A stretch of DNA of 64,000 bases, taken from assembly GCF_050920415.1 (NCBI RefSeq), contig NZ_CP169309.1, one strand, 5' to 3'. The position numbers and the translations under genes are program-made. Source of the DNA: Escherichia coli. GTDB taxonomy: Bacteria > Pseudomonadota > Gammaproteobacteria > Enterobacterales > Enterobacteriaceae. Below are positions 32,962 through 47,556 of the stretch, piece after piece (position 1 is the first letter of the stretch; the number at the start of each line of letters is the position of its first letter). The notes below the pieces were generated by a model that was given only the letters and a program-made list of their open reading frames with translations, was not told the DNA's origin and ran no database searches.

Positions 32962-34127
32962 TATTTCCCCTCCACTGCGGCAACAACCTGCTGAGCTGCA
33001 TCCGTCAGACCTTTTGCTGCAATAATATTCAGGCCGCTGTCAGCCAGTTTCTTCGCGCCGAGTTCGGCGTTGTTACCTTCCAGACGTACCACGACCGGTA
33101 CGTTAACACCCACTTCCGCTACCGCGCCGATGATACCGTCAGCGATCAGGTCGCAACGAACGATACCGCCGAAGATGTTAACCAGAACGGCTTTCACTTT
33201 GTCGTCAGAGAGGATGATTTTGAATGCTTCGGTTACACGTTCTTTGGTTGCGCCACCGCCAACGTCCAGGAAGTTAGCCGGTTCGCCGCCGTGCAGTTTA
33301 ACGATGTCCATGGTGCCCATCGCCAGACCTGCGCCGTTAACCATACAACCGATGTTACCGTCCAGCGCAACGTAGTTCAGTTCCCACTGTGCAGCCTGTG
33401 CTTCACGTGGATCTTCCTGCGACTGGTCGCGCATTTCGCGCAGATCAGGCTGGCGGAACAGTGCGTTGCCGTCAGCGCCCAGTTTGCCGTCGAGGCAAAT
33501 CAGATCGCCCTGTTTGGTGATGACCAGCGGGTTGATTTCGATCAACGCCAGGTCGCGCTCCAGGAAAATGGTCGCCAGGCCCATGAAGATTTTGGTGAAC
33601 TGCTGAACCAGTTTACCTTCCAGACCCAGTTTGAACGCCAGCTCGCGTCCCTGATACGGCATCGGGCCAGTCAGCGGATCAAGCGCAACTTTGTGGATCA
33701 GGTGCGGAGTTTCTTCCGCCACTTTTTCGATTTCCACGCCGCCTTCGGTGGAGGCCATAAAGACCACGCGACGGGAACTACGGTCTACAACGGCACCAAG
33801 ATACAGCTCTTTAGCGATATCGGTCGCTGCTTCAACCAGAATCTGGTTAACCGGTTGACCATTGGCATCTGTTTGATACGTTACCAGACGCTTGCCCAGC
33901 CAGTTTTCTGCAAAAGCACGGATGTCTTCTTTGCTGTTTACAACTTTCACACCGCCCGCTTTACCGCGGCCACCAGCGTGAACCTGACATTTCACTACCC
34001 ACGGACCGGCACCGATTTTTGAAGCGGCTTCTTCTGCTTCGCGCGGAGTAGTACAGGCATAACCCACCGGTGCTGGTAAGCCATAGCGGGCAAACAGTTG
34101 TTTTGCCTGATATTCATGTAAGTTCAT
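32961..34127 (-). CDS. sucC: Succinyl-CoA synthetase beta subunit
   Basis: 388-aa match to SucC. Confidence 0.95.
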
Positions 34128-34209
34128 GTGTTCTGTCCATCCTTCAGTAATCGTTATCTTTTAAACCGTAGACCGAATATTTCGTATCGCTTCCGGGTAT
34201 TGTCGGTCA

Positions 34210-34380
34210 CCCGTAGGCCTGATAAGACGCGCAAGCGTCGCATCAGGCATCGCGTGTCGGATGCGGCGCGAGCGCCTTATCCGACCTACATCGGTGCTTC
34301 CCGTAGGCCTGATAAGACGCGTTAAGCGTCGCATCAGGCTTCAATTGCCGGAGAAAGCGATAATGCCTCATCCGGTCTAC
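34210..34380. repeat. REP/BIME cluster in the sucB-sucC spacer
   Basis: Three or more REP palindromes of the gcctgataagacgcg...cgtcgcatcaggc / gccggatgcggcg types. Confidence 0.75.
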
Positions 34381-34402
34381 AGTGCAGGTGAAACTTAAAC
34401 TA

Positions 34403-35620
34403 CTACACGTCCAGCAGCAGACGCGTCGGATCTTCCAGCAACTCTTTGATCGTTACCAGGAAGCCCACGGACTCGCGACCATCGATCAGACGGTGATCGT
34501 AGGACAGCGCCAGGTACATCATCGGCAGGATCTCAACCTGACCATTCACTGCCATCGGACGATCTTTGATAGCGTGCATACCCAGAATTGCGCTCTGCGG
34601 CGGGTTGATGATAGGCGTAGACATCAGGGAACCGAACACACCACCGTTGGTGATGGTAAAGTTACCACCGGTCAGATCTTCAACCGTCAGCTTGCCGTCA
34701 CGGCCTTTAACTGCCAGCTCTTTAATTTTCTTCTCGATGTCTGCCATGCCGAGGGTATCGACATCACGCAGAACCGGCGTCACCAGGCCGCGCGGCGTAG
34801 ATACCGCCATGCTGACGTCGAAATAGTTGTGGTAAACCACATCATCGCCGTCGATAGAAGCATTCACTTCCGGATAACGTTTCAGGGCTTCAACCACTGC
34901 TTTAACGTAGAAGGACATAAAGCCCAGACGGATGCCGTGACGTTTTTCAAACGCTTCACCATACTGCTTACGCAGATCCATAATCGGCTTCATGTTGACT
35001 TCGTTGAACGTGGTCAGCATGGCAGTAGAGTTTTTCGCTTCCAGCAGACGCTCTGCCACACGCTTACGCAGGCGAGTCATCGGAACACGTTTTTCGCTAC
35101 GTGCAGCCAGAGCCGGTTGCGCCGCCGTAGTAGCTGCTGCTGGTGCAGACTCTTTCGCCGGGGCTTTCGCCAGATGTTTTTCCACATCTTCACGGGTCAG
35201 ACGACCACCTACACCGGTGCCTTTAATGGCGCTGGCATCAAGATTGTGTTCAGCCAAAAGGCGACGGATCGCCGGGCTTAAGGCATCGTTGTTTTGCTCT
35301 TCCAGAGACGCCTGTTGGCGTTGTGCCGGAGTTGACGCTTTCTCTTCAGATTTGGCGCTGGTTTCTTTACCGGCGCTGTTGCCTTCACGCAGGCGACCAA
35401 GGATCTGACGAGACGTTACGGTTGTACCTTCATCTTCCAGAACCGCATCCAGAATGCCGTCTGCTGATGCCGGTACTTCCAGTACCACTTTGTCAGTTTC
35501 GATTTCTACCAGCACTTCATCACGTACGACTGCGTCGCCGGGTTTTTTATGCCAGGTTGCGACGGTGGCATCGGCTACGGATTCAGGCAGGTCAGGGACC
35601 AGAATATCTACGCTACTCAT
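34403..35620 (-). CDS. sucB: 2-oxoglutarate dehydrogenase E2 (dihydrolipoyl succinyltransferase)
   Basis: 405 aa with lipoyl domain and catalytic core. Confidence 0.95.
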   Translation of the reverse strand: MSSVDILVPDLPESVADATVATWHKKPGDAVVRDEVLVEIETDKVVLEVPASADGILDAVLEDEGTTVTSRQILGRLREGNSAGKETSAKSEEKASTPAQRQQASLEEQNNDALSPAIRRLLAEHNLDASAIKGTGVGGRLTREDVEKHLAKAPAKESAPAAATTAAQPALAARSEKRVPMTRLRKRVAERLLEAKNSTAMLTTFNEVNMKPIMDLRKQYGEAFEKRHGIRLGFMSFYVKAVVEALKRYPEVNASIDGDDVVYHNYFDVSMAVSTPRGLVTPVLRDVDTLGMADIEKKIKELAVKGRDGKLTVEDLTGGNFTITNGGVFGSLMSTPIINPPQSAILGMHAIKDRPMAVNGQVEILPMMYLALSYDHRLIDGRESVGFLVTIKELLEDPTRLLLDV

Positions 35621-35634
35621 TGTGTATCCTTTAT

Positions 35635-38436
35635 TTATTCGACGTTCAGCGCGTCATTAACCAGATCTTGTTGCTGTTTCTGGTGAACGGACATATACCC
35701 TACCGCCGGAGAGGCGGAGGCCGGGCGGCCTGCATAACGCAGAGAAGCCCCAAACGGAATCACTTCACGGAAATGATGCTGGCTACAGTACCATGCGCCC
35801 TGGTTGAGCGGCTCTTCCTGGCACCAGACAAAATCCTTGACGTGAGCAAACTGCTGCAACACTTCCTGCATCGCTTTATGCGGGAACGGGTAGAGTTGCT
35901 CGATACGCACGATGGCGACATCGTGTTGATTGTTCTTACGACGTTGTTCCAGCAGGTCGTAATAAACCTTACCAGAACACATCACTACGCGCTTCACGCC
36001 CTTCGGATCAAGCTCGTCGATTTCACCAATGGCAGGCAGGAAGGTGCCGTTCGCCAGTTCTTCGAGGCTGGAAACCGCCAGCGGATGACGCAGCAGGGAT
36101 TTCGGCGACATCACCACCAGCGGACGACGCATCCCGCGCAGCGCCTGACGACGCAGCATATGGTAAACCTGTGCCGGGGTAGACGGTACGCACACCTGCA
36201 TGTTTTGTTCAGCACAAAGTTGCAGATAACGTTCCAGACGCGCGGAGGAGTGCTCCGGCCCTTGCCCTTCATACCCGTGCGGCAGCAGCATTACCAGACC
36301 ACACATCCGGCCCCATTTCTGTTCGCCAGAGGAGATGAACTGGTCGATAACCACCTGCGCACCGTTAGCGAAGTCACCAAACTGCGCTTCCCAGATGGTC
36401 AGCGTGCGCGGCTCTGCGGTGGCATAACCGTATTCAAACGCCAGCACTGCTTCTTCAGACAGTACGGAGTCCCAGACGCGGAACGCGCCCTGACCATTAT
36501 GGATATGTTGCAGCGGCGTGTAAGTGGAACCGTTGGACTGATTGTGGATCACCGCATGACGATGGAAGAAGGTACCGCGACCGGAGTCTTCACCCGACAG
36601 GCGGACCGGAATGCCTTCATCAACCAGCGTGGCGTAAGCGAGGTTTTCCGCGCCGCCCCAGTCGAACAGTTTCTCACCGGCAGCCATTGCCTGGCGATCG
36701 CCATAAATCTTGGCAACGCGAGACTGCATTTCAACCGCTTCCGGCACCGTACTGATACGTTTAGCCAGTTCCTGCAGGCGCTTCATCTCAACTTTGTTCG
36801 GGTACTCTTCGTCCCATTCGTGGTTGAGGTACGGCGACCAGGTGAAAGAGTGCATGTTCATCGGACGCCACTCTGCTACCACGCAATCGCCAGCATCCAG
36901 CGCATCACGGTACAGGTTAACCATCTCGGTGGCATCTTCCAGCGTCGCGACTTTTTCCTGCTCCAGCTTGTCAGCGTAGATTTTGCGCGGCGTCGGATGT
37001 TTTTTGATTTTCTGATACATCAGCGGCTGAGTTGCACTCGGCTCGTCGGCTTCGTTGTGGCCGTGACGGCGGTAGCACACCAGGTCGATGAAGACATCAC
37101 GTTTAAAGGTGTTACGGAAATCGAGCGCCAGACGGGTCACAAAGGCAACGGCTTCCGGATCATCCGCATTAACGTGGAAAATCGGTGCCTGTACCATCTT
37201 GCCGATATCAGTACAGTACGGCGTAGAACGGGCATCCAGCGGGTTAGAGGTAGTGAAACCGACCTGGTTGTTGATAACGATACGTACCGTACCGCCAACT
37301 TCATAACCACGCGCTTTCGACATGTTCAGGGTTTCCTGAACCACGCCCTGCCCGGTCACTGCGGCGTCACCGTGGATGGTGATTGGCAGCACTTTGTTGC
37401 TGCTCGGCTCATCGAGTCTGTCCAGACGGGCGCGAACAGAACCGATAACTACCGGGCTTACAATCTCAAGGTGAGACGGGTTAAACGCCAGCGCCAGGTG
37501 AACCAGGCCGCCGTCGGTCTGGAAGTCAGACGAGAAGCCCATGTGGTATTTCACGTCGCCCGTGCCGAGGTGTTCTTTATGTTTACCGGCAAACTCGTCG
37601 AACAAGTCTTGCGGTTTTTTACCCAGCACGTTAACCAGCACGTTCAGACGACCACGGTGCGCCATCCCGAGAACCACTTCACGGGTGCCGCTATTGCCAG
37701 CATGGCGGATAATCTCTTTAAGCATCGGGATTAACGCGTCACCGCCTTCCAGCGAGAAGCGTTTTGCGCCAGGGAATTTTGCGCCGAGGTAACGTTCAAG
37801 GCCTTCAGCGGCGGTCAGTTCGCTTAAGAAGCGTTTTTTCTCTTCGCTATTGAAAGTCGCGCGACCAGACTCGATACGCTGTTGGATCCAGCGTTTTTCT
37901 TCGGTGCTGGTAATGTGCATGTACTCGGCACCAATCGGGCCGCAGTAGGTTTGCTTGAGGGCTTCCAGCAGCTCGCCGAGTTTCATGGTTTCTTTGCCGC
38001 TGGCAAATGAACCGACGTTGAAGGTCTCCTGGAAGTCTGCTTCGGTCAGATCGTGGAAAGACGGATCCAGATCGGCCACTTTATCTTGCTGCCACAGTCC
38101 CAGCGGATCGAGATTCGCATGCTGGTGACCGCGGAAGCGGTATGCGTTAATGAGCTGCAGGACTTTAACCTGCTTCACATTGGTGTCAGGGTCGGAGATC
38201 GTTGAAGAGTAACGTGAAGCGTCTTTCGCCAGGCGGCGGAAATATTCACGCGTTTGAGAGTGGAATTGATCCGGTTTGACTCCCGTACCAGGTAACTGCT
38301 GGAACGTCGAACGCCAGTTAGCGTCAACCGAGTCAGGATCGGTTAAGAAGTCTTCATAGAGCTGTTCTATCCAGCTCTGGTTTGCGCCAGAGAGGTAAGA
38401 AGAGTCCAACCAGGCTTTCAAAGCGCTGTTCTGCAT
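35635..38436 (-). CDS. sucA: 2-oxoglutarate dehydrogenase E1
   Basis: 933-aa match to SucA. Confidence 0.95.
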   Translation of the reverse strand: MQNSALKAWLDSSYLSGANQSWIEQLYEDFLTDPDSVDANWRSTFQQLPGTGVKPDQFHSQTREYFRRLAKDASRYSSTISDPDTNVKQVKVLQLINAYRFRGHQHANLDPLGLWQQDKVADLDPSFHDLTEADFQETFNVGSFASGKETMKLGELLEALKQTYCGPIGAEYMHITSTEEKRWIQQRIESGRATFNSEEKKRFLSELTAAEGLERYLGAKFPGAKRFSLEGGDALIPMLKEIIRHAGNSGTREVVLGMAHRGRLNVLVNVLGKKPQDLFDEFAGKHKEHLGTGDVKYHMGFSSDFQTDGGLVHLALAFNPSHLEIVSPVVIGSVRARLDRLDEPSSNKVLPITIHGDAAVTGQGVVQETLNMSKARGYEVGGTVRIVINNQVGFTTSNPLDARSTPYCTDIGKMVQAPIFHVNADDPEAVAFVTRLALDFRNTFKRDVFIDLVCYRRHGHNEADEPSATQPLMYQKIKKHPTPRKIYADKLEQEKVATLEDATEMVNLYRDALDAGDCVVAEWRPMNMHSFTWSPYLNHEWDEEYPNKVEMKRLQELAKRISTVPEAVEMQSRVAKIYGDRQAMAAGEKLFDWGGAENLAYATLVDEGIPVRLSGEDSGRGTFFHRHAVIHNQSNGSTYTPLQHIHNGQGAFRVWDSVLSEEAVLAFEYGYATAEPRTLTIWEAQFGDFANGAQVVIDQFISSGEQKWGRMCGLVMLLPHGYEGQGPEHSSARLERYLQLCAEQNMQVCVPSTPAQVYHMLRRQALRGMRRPLVVMSPKSLLRHPLAVSSLEELANGTFLPAIGEIDELDPKGVKRVVMCSGKVYYDLLEQRRKNNQHDVAIVRIEQLYPFPHKAMQEVLQQFAHVKDFVWCQEEPLNQGAWYCSQHHFREVIPFGASLRYAGRPASASPAVGYMSVHQKQQQDLVNDALNVE

Positions 38437-38609
38437 CGTGATCCCTTAAGCATCTTTTTTATGCTTACTTCGCCGTGGATACTACCACGCACAGTGATGT
38501 GCGTGCCGGGGTTCACTTGCGAGCTCTTGTCTACGTAGTGGCTCGCGAAGGAACCTTTAAAAACTGTCTTAGTGTCAGGGGCAGTTTTTAAAGATTTCCT
38601 GCATTTCTT

Positions 38610-38688
38610 TTGTAGGCCGGATAACGCATTCACGCCGCATCCGGCACTGGTTGCCTGATGCGACGCTTGTGCGTCTTATCAGGCCTGG
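38610..38688. repeat. REP pair in the sdhB-sucA spacer
   Basis: Two REP palindromes; an additional aaaaactg...cagttttt hairpin lies at about 38556-38590. Confidence 0.7.
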
Positions 38689-38690
38689 GT

Positions 38691-39407
38691 TTACGCATTA
38701 CGCTGCAACAACATCGACTTGATATGGCCGATGGCGCGCGTCGGGTTCAGCCCCTTCGGACATACACTGACGCAGTTCATGATGCTGTGACAGCGGAATA
38801 CACTGAATGCATCGCTCAAACCGTCGAGGCGGCTGTCAGTCTCGGTATCACGGCTATCGATCAGGAAACGATATGCCGCTAACAAGCCTGCCGGGCCGAT
38901 AAACTTATCGGGATTCCACCAGAAAGACGGACAAGAGGTTGAACAACATGCGCAGAGAATACATTCATACAGCCCGTCGAGTTTTTCGCGCTGCTCTGGC
39001 ATCTGTAAATGCTCGCGAGCTGGCGGATTTTGTCCATTATTCAACAGGTAAGGCTTAATTTTCTCATATTGCGCATAGAATTGTCCCATGTCTACCACCA
39101 AATCGCGGATCACCGGTAAACCTGGCAGCGGGCGAATCACAATCTTCTTGCCCGGCTGGTTGAGTGCCGAAATCGGGGTAATACAGGCCAGACCATTCTT
39201 ACCGTTCATGTTCAGACCGTCGGAACCGCACACACCTTCACGGCAGGAACGACGGAACGACAGGCTGGGATCTTTCTCTTTCAACTGGATAAGCGCATCC
39301 AGCAGCATCATGTCGCGACCTTCTTCCGCTTCCAGGGTGTAATCCTGCATACGCGGAGCATCATCAACATCCGGGTTATAGCGATAAATTGAAAACTCGA
39401 GTCTCAT
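38691..39407 (-). CDS. sdhB: Succinate dehydrogenase iron-sulfur subunit
   Basis: 238 aa with Cys clusters. Confidence 0.95.
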   Translation of the reverse strand: MRLEFSIYRYNPDVDDAPRMQDYTLEAEEGRDMMLLDALIQLKEKDPSLSFRRSCREGVCGSDGLNMNGKNGLACITPISALNQPGKKIVIRPLPGLPVIRDLVVDMGQFYAQYEKIKPYLLNNGQNPPAREHLQMPEQREKLDGLYECILCACCSTSCPSFWWNPDKFIGPAGLLAAYRFLIDSRDTETDSRLDGLSDAFSVFRCHSIMNCVSVCPKGLNPTRAIGHIKSMLLQRNA

Positions 39408-39422
39408 TTTCCTGTCTCCGCA

Positions 39423-41189
39423 TTAGTAAGTACGAATCTTCGGCGGGAATGCCGGGCGCAGTTTCGGTTCCATGTTGACGCTTCGGCGCGTCATGGATTC
39501 CGACTCTGGCAGATACAGGGAGTGGCACAGCCAGTTTTCATCATCACGATCTGGGAAGTCGAAGCGGCTATGCGCGCCACGGCTTTCGGTACGGAAGTTG
39601 GCAGAAACAGCCGTTGCATACGCCGTTTCCATCAGGTTATCCAGTTCCAGGCATTCAACGCGCTGGGTGTTGAACTCGCTGGAAGTGTCATCCAGACGGG
39701 CATTTTTCAAACGCTCGCGGATCACTTTCAACTGCTCAAGCCCTTTTGCCATCGCATCACCTTCACGGAAGACCGAGAAGTTATGCTGCATACATTCTTG
39801 CAGTGCTTTACGAATCGCCACTGGATCTTCACCATTACGGTTGTTGTTCCAGCGATTCAGACGCTCCAGAGACGCTTCAACATCAGACTCGCTGGCATCG
39901 CGCAGTGCGCCCTGCTCGGCAATAGACTCTTGCAGATGCAGGCCCGCTGCGCGACCAAAGACCACCAGGTCCAGCAGCGAGTTGCCGCCAAGACGGTTAG
40001 CGCCGTGTACCGATACACAAGCGATTTCACCTACCGCGAACAGCCCCGGAACAACCACATCTTCGCCTTTCTCGTTCACCGTCAGCGCCTGACCGGTCAC
40101 TTTGGTCGGAATACCGCCCATCATGTAGTGACAGGTTGGGATAACCGGAATCGGCTCTTTCACCGGATCGACGTGTGCGAAGGTACGGGAGAGTTCAAGG
40201 ATACCCGGCAGACGGGATTCGAGAACTTCTTTACCCAGGTGGTCGAGTTTCAGTTTTGCATGTGGCCCCCATGGACCATCACAGCCGCGACCTTCACGGA
40301 TTTCGATCATGATGGAACGCGCCACCACGTCACGGCCCGCCAGATCTTTGGCGTTCGGCGCATAACGCTCCATAAAGCGTTCGCCATGTTTGTTCAGCAG
40401 ATAACCGCCTTCACCACGGCAACCTTCGGTGACCAGTACGCCCGCACCTGCTATACCGGTCGGGTGGAACTGCCACATTTCCATATCCTGCACAGGTACA
40501 CCTGCACGGATAGCCATGCCGACGCCATCGCCGGTGTTAATGTGCGCGTTGGTGGTGGACTGATAAATACGCCCTGCCCCGCCGGTTGCCAGCACAGTCG
40601 CACGGGCTTTGAAGTAAACCACTTCACCGGTTTCGATGCACAGTGCGGTACAACCAACTACCGCGCCATCCTGGTTCTTCACCAGATCCAGCGCATACCA
40701 CTCGGAGAAAATGGTGGTGTGGTTTTTCAGGTTCTGCTGATAAAGCGTGTGCAACAGTGCGTGACCGGTACGGTCAGCTGCCGCCGCAGTACGTGCCGCT
40801 TGCTCGCCACCGAAGTTTTTCGACTGGCCGCCAAACGGACGTTGATAGATACGACCATCATCAAGACGCGAGAACGGTAGCCCCATGTGTTCCAGTTCCA
40901 GAATCGCTTCCGGCCCGGTTTTACACATATATTCAATCGCGTCCTGGTCACCGATATAGTCCGACCCTTTTACGGTGTCGTACATATGCCATTCCCAGTT
41001 ATCTTCATGGGTATTACCCAGCGCAACGGTAATGCCGCCTTGCGCAGAAACGGTATGGGAACGGGTCGGGAAGACTTTGGAGAGCAGCGCACAGGTTTGG
41101 CCGCTCTGGGAAATTTGCAGCGCCGCGCGCATACCTGCGCCACCGGCACCAATCACAACTGCATCAAATTCTCTGACTGGCAATTTCAT
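39423..41189 (-). CDS. sdhA: Succinate dehydrogenase flavoprotein subunit
   Basis: Start at [19 protein letters not shown] (FAD-binding motif); the track ORF is 4 codons longer. Confidence 0.95.
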   Translation of the reverse strand: MKLPVREFDAVVIGAGGAGMRAALQISQSGQTCALLSKVFPTRSHTVSAQGGITVALGNTHEDNWEWHMYDTVKGSDYIGDQDAIEYMCKTGPEAILELEHMGLPFSRLDDGRIYQRPFGGQSKNFGGEQAARTAAAADRTGHALLHTLYQQNLKNHTTIFSEWYALDLVKNQDGAVVGCTALCIETGEVVYFKARATVLATGGAGRIYQSTTNAHINTGDGVGMAIRAGVPVQDMEMWQFHPTGIAGAGVLVTEGCRGEGGYLLNKHGERFMERYAPNAKDLAGRDVVARSIMIEIREGRGCDGPWGPHAKLKLDHLGKEVLESRLPGILELSRTFAHVDPVKEPIPVIPTCHYMMGGIPTKVTGQALTVNEKGEDVVVPGLFAVGEIACVSVHGANRLGGNSLLDLVVFGRAAGLHLQESIAEQGALRDASESDVEASLERLNRWNNNRNGEDPVAIRKALQECMQHNFSVFREGDAMAKGLEQLKVIRERLKNARLDDTSSEFNTQRVECLELDNLMETAYATAVSANFRTESRGAHSRFDFPDRDDENWLCHSLYLPESESMTRRSVNMEPKLRPAFPPKIRTY

Positions 41190-41536
41190 CACACACCCCA
41201 CACCACAACGAATCCATAAATCACGTAAACCACCAGTGCAACGACAATCACCAGTTGCAGCATCAGGCGCAAAGCCAGTGGTTTAACGTAGTCGGTCAAC
41301 ACCTGCCACATGCCGATCCAGGCATGGATCAAGATAGAAAACAGCGCCAGCAGGGTGAACACTTTGGTGAACGCAGAGGCGAAGAAACCAATCCAGACTT
41401 CATATGTCAGCTCGCCACTGGTAGCGAAAAAACCGACCATATAAATGATGTAGAGCGTCAGGACGATAGCGGTAGCGCGAACGAGGATAAAATCATGTAC
41501 GCCATTGCGTCCTAATGCGGAGGCGTTGCTTACCAT
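41189..41536 (-). CDS. sdhD: Succinate dehydrogenase membrane anchor subunit
   Basis: 115-aa hydrophobic protein. Confidence 0.93.
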
Positions 41537-41919
41537 ACGAGGACTCCTGCGAGAAGTGAAAGCACGACAGTAATAACAAAGGAGATTTTGGCGGAGCGTT
41601 TACCCGCTTCGAATGTTTCTTCCAGATAGCCAAAATCCATCATCATGTGGCGAATACCTACGACGACGTGATACGCCAGAGCGGTAAGGATGCCCCACAT
41701 GATAAATTTGACGAAGAAGCTGCCCATAATCGCGGAAGCTTGCTCGAAACCTTCAGGGGAAGAGAGGCTGGTACCCAGAAGCCACAGCAGGATGCCCACT
41801 GCAACAAAGGTGATCACACCGGAAACGCGATGGAGAATGGACGCTATCGCCGTGACGGGGAACCGGATGGTCTGTAGGTCCAGATTAACAGGTCTTTGTT
41901 TTTTCACATTTCTTATCAT
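41530..41919 (-). CDS. sdhC: Succinate dehydrogenase cytochrome b556 subunit
   Basis: Start at [15 protein letters not shown]; the track ORF is 5 codons longer. Confidence 0.93.
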
Positions 41920-42627
41920 GAATAACGCCCACATGCTGTTCTTATTATTCCCTGGGGACTACGGGCACAGAGGTTAACTTTCTGTTACCTGGAGACGTCG
42001 GGATTTCCTTCCTCCGGTCTGCTTGCGGGTCAGACAGCGTCCTTTCTATAACTGCGCGTCATGCAAAACACTGCTTCCAGATGCGAAAACGACACGTTAC
42101 AACGCTGGGTGGCTCGGGATTGCAGGGTGTTCCGGAGACCTGGCGGCAGTATAGGCCGTTCACAAAATCATTACAATTAACCTACATATAGTTTGTCGGG
42201 TTTTATCCCGAACAGTGATCTGGGTCACGATAACAACATTTATTTAATTTTTAATCATCTAATTTGACAATCATTCAACAAAGTTGTTACAAACATCACT
42301 AGGAAAAGCATATAATGCGTAAAAGTTATGAAGTCAGTATTTCACCTAAGATTAACTTATGTAACAGTGTGGAAGTATTGACCAATTCATTCGGGACAGT
42401 TATTAGTGGTAGACAAGTTTAATAATTCGGATTGCTAAGTACTTGATTCGCCATTTATTCGTCATCAATGGATCCTTTACCTGCAAGCGCCCAGAGCTCT
42501 GTACCCAGGTTTTCCCCTCTTTCACAGAGCGGCGAGCCAAATAACAAACGGGTAAAGCCAGGTTGATGTGCGAAGGCAAATTTAAGTTCCGGCAGTCTTA
42601 CGCAATAAGGCGCTAAGGAGACCTTAA

Positions 42628-43911
42628 ATGGCTGATACAAAAGCAAAACTCACCCTCAACGGGGACACAGCTGTTGAACTGGATGTGCTGAAAGGCACGC
42701 TGGGTCAAGATGTTATTGATATCCGTACTCTCGGTTCAAAAGGTGTGTTCACCTTTGACCCAGGCTTCACTTCAACCGCATCCTGCGAATCTAAAATTAC
42801 TTTTATTGATGGTGATGAAGGTATTTTGCTGCACCGCGGTTTCCCGATCGATCAGCTGGCGACCGATTCTAACTACCTGGAAGTTTGTTACATCCTGCTG
42901 AATGGTGAAAAACCAACTCAGGAACAGTATGACGAATTTAAAACTACGGTGACCCGTCATACCATGATCCACGAGCAGATTACCCGTCTGTTCCATGCTT
43001 TCCGTCGCGACTCGCATCCAATGGCAGTTATGTGTGGTATTACCGGCGCGCTGGCGGCGTTCTATCACGACTCGCTGGATGTTAACAATCCTCGTCATCG
43101 TGAAATTGCCGCGTTCCGCCTGCTGTCAAAAATGCCGACCATGGCCGCGATGTGTTACAAGTATTCCATTGGTCAGCCATTCGTTTACCCGCGCAACGAT
43201 CTCTCCTATGCCGGTAACTTCCTGAATATGATGTTCTCCACGCCGTGCGAACCGTATGAAGTTAATCCGATTCTGGAACGTGCTATGGACCGTATTCTGA
43301 TCCTGCACGCTGACCATGAACAGAACGCCTCTACCTCCACCGTGCGTACCGCTGGCTCTTCGGGGGCGAACCCGTTTGCCTGTATCGCAGCAGGTATTGC
43401 TTCGTTGTGGGGACCAGCGCACGGTGGTGCTAACGAAGCGGCTCTGAAAATGCTGGAAGAAATCAGCTCCGTTAAACACATTCCGGAATTTGTTCGTCGT
43501 GCGAAAGACAAGAATGACTCTTTCCGCCTGATGGGCTTCGGTCACCGCGTGTACAAAAACTACGACCCGCGCGCCACCGTCATGCGTGAAACCTGCCACG
43601 AAGTCCTGAAAGAGCTGGGCACGAAGGATGACCTGCTGGAAGTAGCTATGGAGCTGGAAAATATCGCGCTGAACGACCCGTACTTTATTGAGAAAAAACT
43701 GTACCCTAACGTCGATTTCTACTCTGGTATCATCCTGAAAGCGATGGGTATTCCGTCTTCCATGTTCACCGTCATATTCGCTATGGCACGTACAGTTGGC
43801 TGGATCGCCCACTGGAGCGAAATGCACAGTGATGGCATGAAGATTGCCCGTCCACGTCAGCTGTATACCGGCTATGAAAAACGCGATTTTAAAAGCGACA
43901 TCAAACGTTAA
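42628..43911 (+). CDS. gltA: Citrate synthase
   Basis: 427-aa match to GltA; divergent from sdhC across a 708-bp regulatory region. Confidence 0.95.
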   Translation: MADTKAKLTLNGDTAVELDVLKGTLGQDVIDIRTLGSKGVFTFDPGFTSTASCESKITFIDGDEGILLHRGFPIDQLATDSNYLEVCYILLNGEKPTQEQYDEFKTTVTRHTMIHEQITRLFHAFRRDSHPMAVMCGITGALAAFYHDSLDVNNPRHREIAAFRLLSKMPTMAAMCYKYSIGQPFVYPRNDLSYAGNFLNMMFSTPCEPYEVNPILERAMDRILILHADHEQNASTSTVRTAGSSGANPFACIAAGIASLWGPAHGGANEAALKMLEEISSVKHIPEFVRRAKDKNDSFRLMGFGHRVYKNYDPRATVMRETCHEVLKELGTKDDLLEVAMELENIALNDPYFIEKKLYPNVDFYSGIILKAMGIPSSMFTVIFAMARTVGWIAHWSEMHSDGMKIARPRQLYTGYEKRDFKSDIKR

Positions 43912-43940
43912 CTGCTGATTCCTAAGCTGTAAATTCTGTT

Positions 43941-43971
43941 AACCCGCCTTTAAAAGGCGGGTTAATTTTTA
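43941..43971 (+). terminator. Rho-independent terminator after gltA
   Basis: aacccgcctttaaaaggcgggtt hairpin followed by a T-run. Confidence 0.7.
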
Positions 43972-44302
43972 TCTACCTGAACACAAAAAATGTAAAAATA
44001 AAATTAATTAACCGGCTGACATTAATATTGAAAAATAATAGAATTGTTCATTTTATCGGCAAAATAATAAATTTTAATTAAGGTATCTGCTTTTAGTTAC
44101 ATTTATAACCTCATGAAAATGAGGTATATCTCTCTCATTCCCCCCGATAACATTCATTAAATTATTAATTCATCACATCAATTAGTTAACCTTGCATTTA
44201 ATATAATTAATAATATTTTTAAGTAAAACTAAAAACATTCGACAATCAAATAAGATATTCTGATATCGCTATACTTTTTCTATTTCTGTAAAGGACTCAG
44301 TT

Positions 44303-44869
44303 ATGTTTAAAGGACAAAAAACATTGGCCGCATTGGCCGTATCTCTGTTATTCACTGCACCGGTTTATGCAGCTGATGAAGGTTCTGGTGAAATTCACTT
44401 TAAAGGTGAGGTTATAGAAGCACCATGTGAAATACATCATGATGATATTGATAAAGAAATTGAGCTAGGTCAGGTGACCACCAGCCACATTAATCAGTCT
44501 CATCACAGCGATGCGGTTGCTGTCGACCTGCGTTTAATCAACTGCGACCTGGAAAACTCTAATAACGGTTCCGGTGGCAAGATTTCTAAAGTCGCGGTCA
44601 CCTTCGATAGCTCAGCGAAAACCACTGGCGCAGATCCGATACTCAACAATACCAGCACTGGCGAAGCCACCGGTGTCGGCGTGCGTTTAATGAATAAGGA
44701 TCAAAGCAATATCATTTTAGGCACTGCTTCTCCGGATATCGACCTCGCACCAACGTCCAGTGAACAAACACTGAACTTCTTTGCCTGGATGGAACAAATT
44801 GATCAAGCGACACCAGTAACGGCAGGGGCTGTTACAGCGAATGCAACCTACGTACTGGATTATAAATAA
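44303..44869 (+). CDS. ybgD: Fimbrial subunit (chaperone-usher fimbriae)
   Basis: 188 aa with signal peptide and the conserved fimbrin Cys pair; preceded by a 340-bp AT-rich region. Confidence 0.85.
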   Translation: MFKGQKTLAALAVSLLFTAPVYAADEGSGEIHFKGEVIEAPCEIHHDDIDKEIELGQVTTSHINQSHHSDAVAVDLRLINCDLENSNNGSGGKISKVAVTFDSSAKTTGADPILNNTSTGEATGVGVRLMNKDQSNIILGTASPDIDLAPTSSEQTLNFFAWMEQIDQATPVTAGAVTANATYVLDYK

Positions 44870-44918
44870 GCGTTATTGGGCGGCATCACTGCCGCCTTTC
44901 TTAAAATATTTATCTGGT

Positions 44919-45431
44919 ATGGACACCGTGAATATTTATCGACTCTCTTTTGTATCCTGCCTGGTCATGGCGATGCCTTCCGCCATGGCGGTTGAATTCA
45001 ACCTGAATGTCCTCGACAAATCGATGCGTGAGCGCATTGATATTTCATTATTAAAGGAAAAAGGTGTCATTGCTCCCGGTGAATATTTTGTCAGCATTGC
45101 AGTAAATAATAACCAAATCAGTAATGGGCAAAAAATTAACTGGCAAAAAAAGGGTGACAATACCATTCCGTGCATCAATGATTTATTGGTCGATAAATTT
45201 GGCTTAAAACCTGAAGTCCGTCAGTCGTTACCCCTGATTAATCAGTGCGTCGATTTTAGCACCCGACCAGAAATGCTCTTCAATTTTGATCAGGCCAGTC
45301 AGCAACTGAATATCACCATCCCACAGGCCTGGCTGGCGTGGCACTCAGATAACTGGACTCCACCCTCCACATGGAAAGAAGGTGTCCCCGGTGTCCTGAT
45401 GGATTACAACTTGTTTGCCAGCAGCTACCGC
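44919..45431 (+). pseudogene. ybgQ: Fimbrial usher gene, 5' fragment, truncated by the IS21-family insertion
   Basis: Usher N-terminal domain (MDTVNIYRLSFVSCLVMAMPSAMA...) runs in frame up to the IS terminus, then meets a stop 5 codons into the IS. Confidence 0.8.
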
Positions 45432-45532
45432 TGTCAGCGCCAATGATATAAGACAGTAATTCACCATTTGGATTGTCCGCTCCACCCAACATGTTGTTTC
45501 CTTAAGGTTCCTACACCACAAAGGGAACACTC

Positions 45533-46579
45533 ATGCTGAGCAGAGAGGACTTTTACATGATAAAGCAAATGCGCCAGCAAGGTGCGTATATTGTTGATAT
45601 TGCCACTCAGGTTGGTTGCTCTGAGCGGACTGTCAGACGGTACCTGAAATACCCGGAACCTCCGGCCAGAAAAACACGCCACAAAATGGCCAAACTCAAG
45701 CCGTTCATGGACTATATCGACATGCGTCTGGCTGAGAATGTCTGGAACGGCGAGGTCATCCTGGCGGAAATCAAAGCGATGGGTTATACCGGTGGCCGTT
45801 CCATGTTGCGTTACTACATCCAGCCCAAACGTAAGATGCGGCCATCGAAGAAAACGGTTCGCTTCGAAACTCAGCCCGGTTACCAGCTACAGCATGACTG
45901 GGGAGAAGTTGAGGCTGAGGTTGCCGGGCAACGATGCAGGGTTAACTTCGCGGTTAATACGCTGGGGTTCTCACGTCGCTTCCATGTCTTCGCGGCACCA
46001 AAGCAGGATGCTGAACATACCTATGAGTCACTGGTCCGCGCCTTTCGCTACTTCGGCGGCAGCGTGAAAACCGTGCTGGTCGATAACCAGAAAGCCGCAG
46101 TGCTGAAAAATAACAACGGGAAGGTGGTGTTCAACTCCGGGTTCCTGCTGCTGGCCGATCACTATGGCTTCCTGCCACGGGCCTGCCGTCCACGAAGGGC
46201 CAGAACCAAAGGTAAGGTGGAACGGATGGTGAAATACCTCAAGGAAAACTTCTTCGTCCGGTACCGCCGGTTCGACAGCTTCGCCCATGTTAATCAGCTA
46301 CTGGAGCAGTGGATGGCTGACGTTGCCGACAGGCGGGAACTTCGCCAGTTCAGGCAGACACCGGAACAGCGCTTCACGCAGGAACAGGTGCATCTGCAGG
46401 CGCTGCCAGGTACGGACTTCGATACCAGCTACTTCGATATCCGTCATGTCTCCTGGGATGGCTATATCGAGGTTGGCGGGAACCGTTACAGCGTGCCGGA
46501 AAGCCTGTGTGGCCAGCCGGTATCAATACGGATCTCGCTGGATGATGAACTGCGATTTACAGTAATGAGCAACAGGTAG
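45533..46579 (+). pseudogene. istA: IS21-family transposase istA, C-terminally truncated
   Basis: MLSREDFYMIKQMRQQGAYIVDIATQVGCSERTVRRYL... with HTH; ORF ends about 40 codons before the expected overlap with istB at about 46701. Confidence 0.7.
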
Positions 46580-46700
46580 CATCGCACCGTCTCTGTTCGG
46601 CTGTATACGGCTGGCAGACCGTGCCGGAGCATCACGCCCCACTCTGGCAGCAGGTCAGTCAGGTGGAACACAGGCCGTTGAGTGCCTATGAGGAGCTGTT

Positions 46701-47499
<799 letters not shown>

Positions 47500-47556
47500 T
47501 GACCAATAGCGGACATTAAAAATGGCGAAAAACGGCCAATAATCTTGGCGTTGACA

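Noticed and set aside
35323-37734. 803-aa ORF on the plus strand, with similar long antisense ORFs at 39522-40880, 14886-15824, 1249-2115, 170-748, 43126-43827, 33291-34022 and 34382-35281
   Set aside because: All lie antisense to well-supported conserved genes (sucA, sdhA, cydA, aroG, gpmA, gltA, sucC, sucB), have no RBS, and give low-complexity Arg/His-rich translations; they are shadow ORFs.
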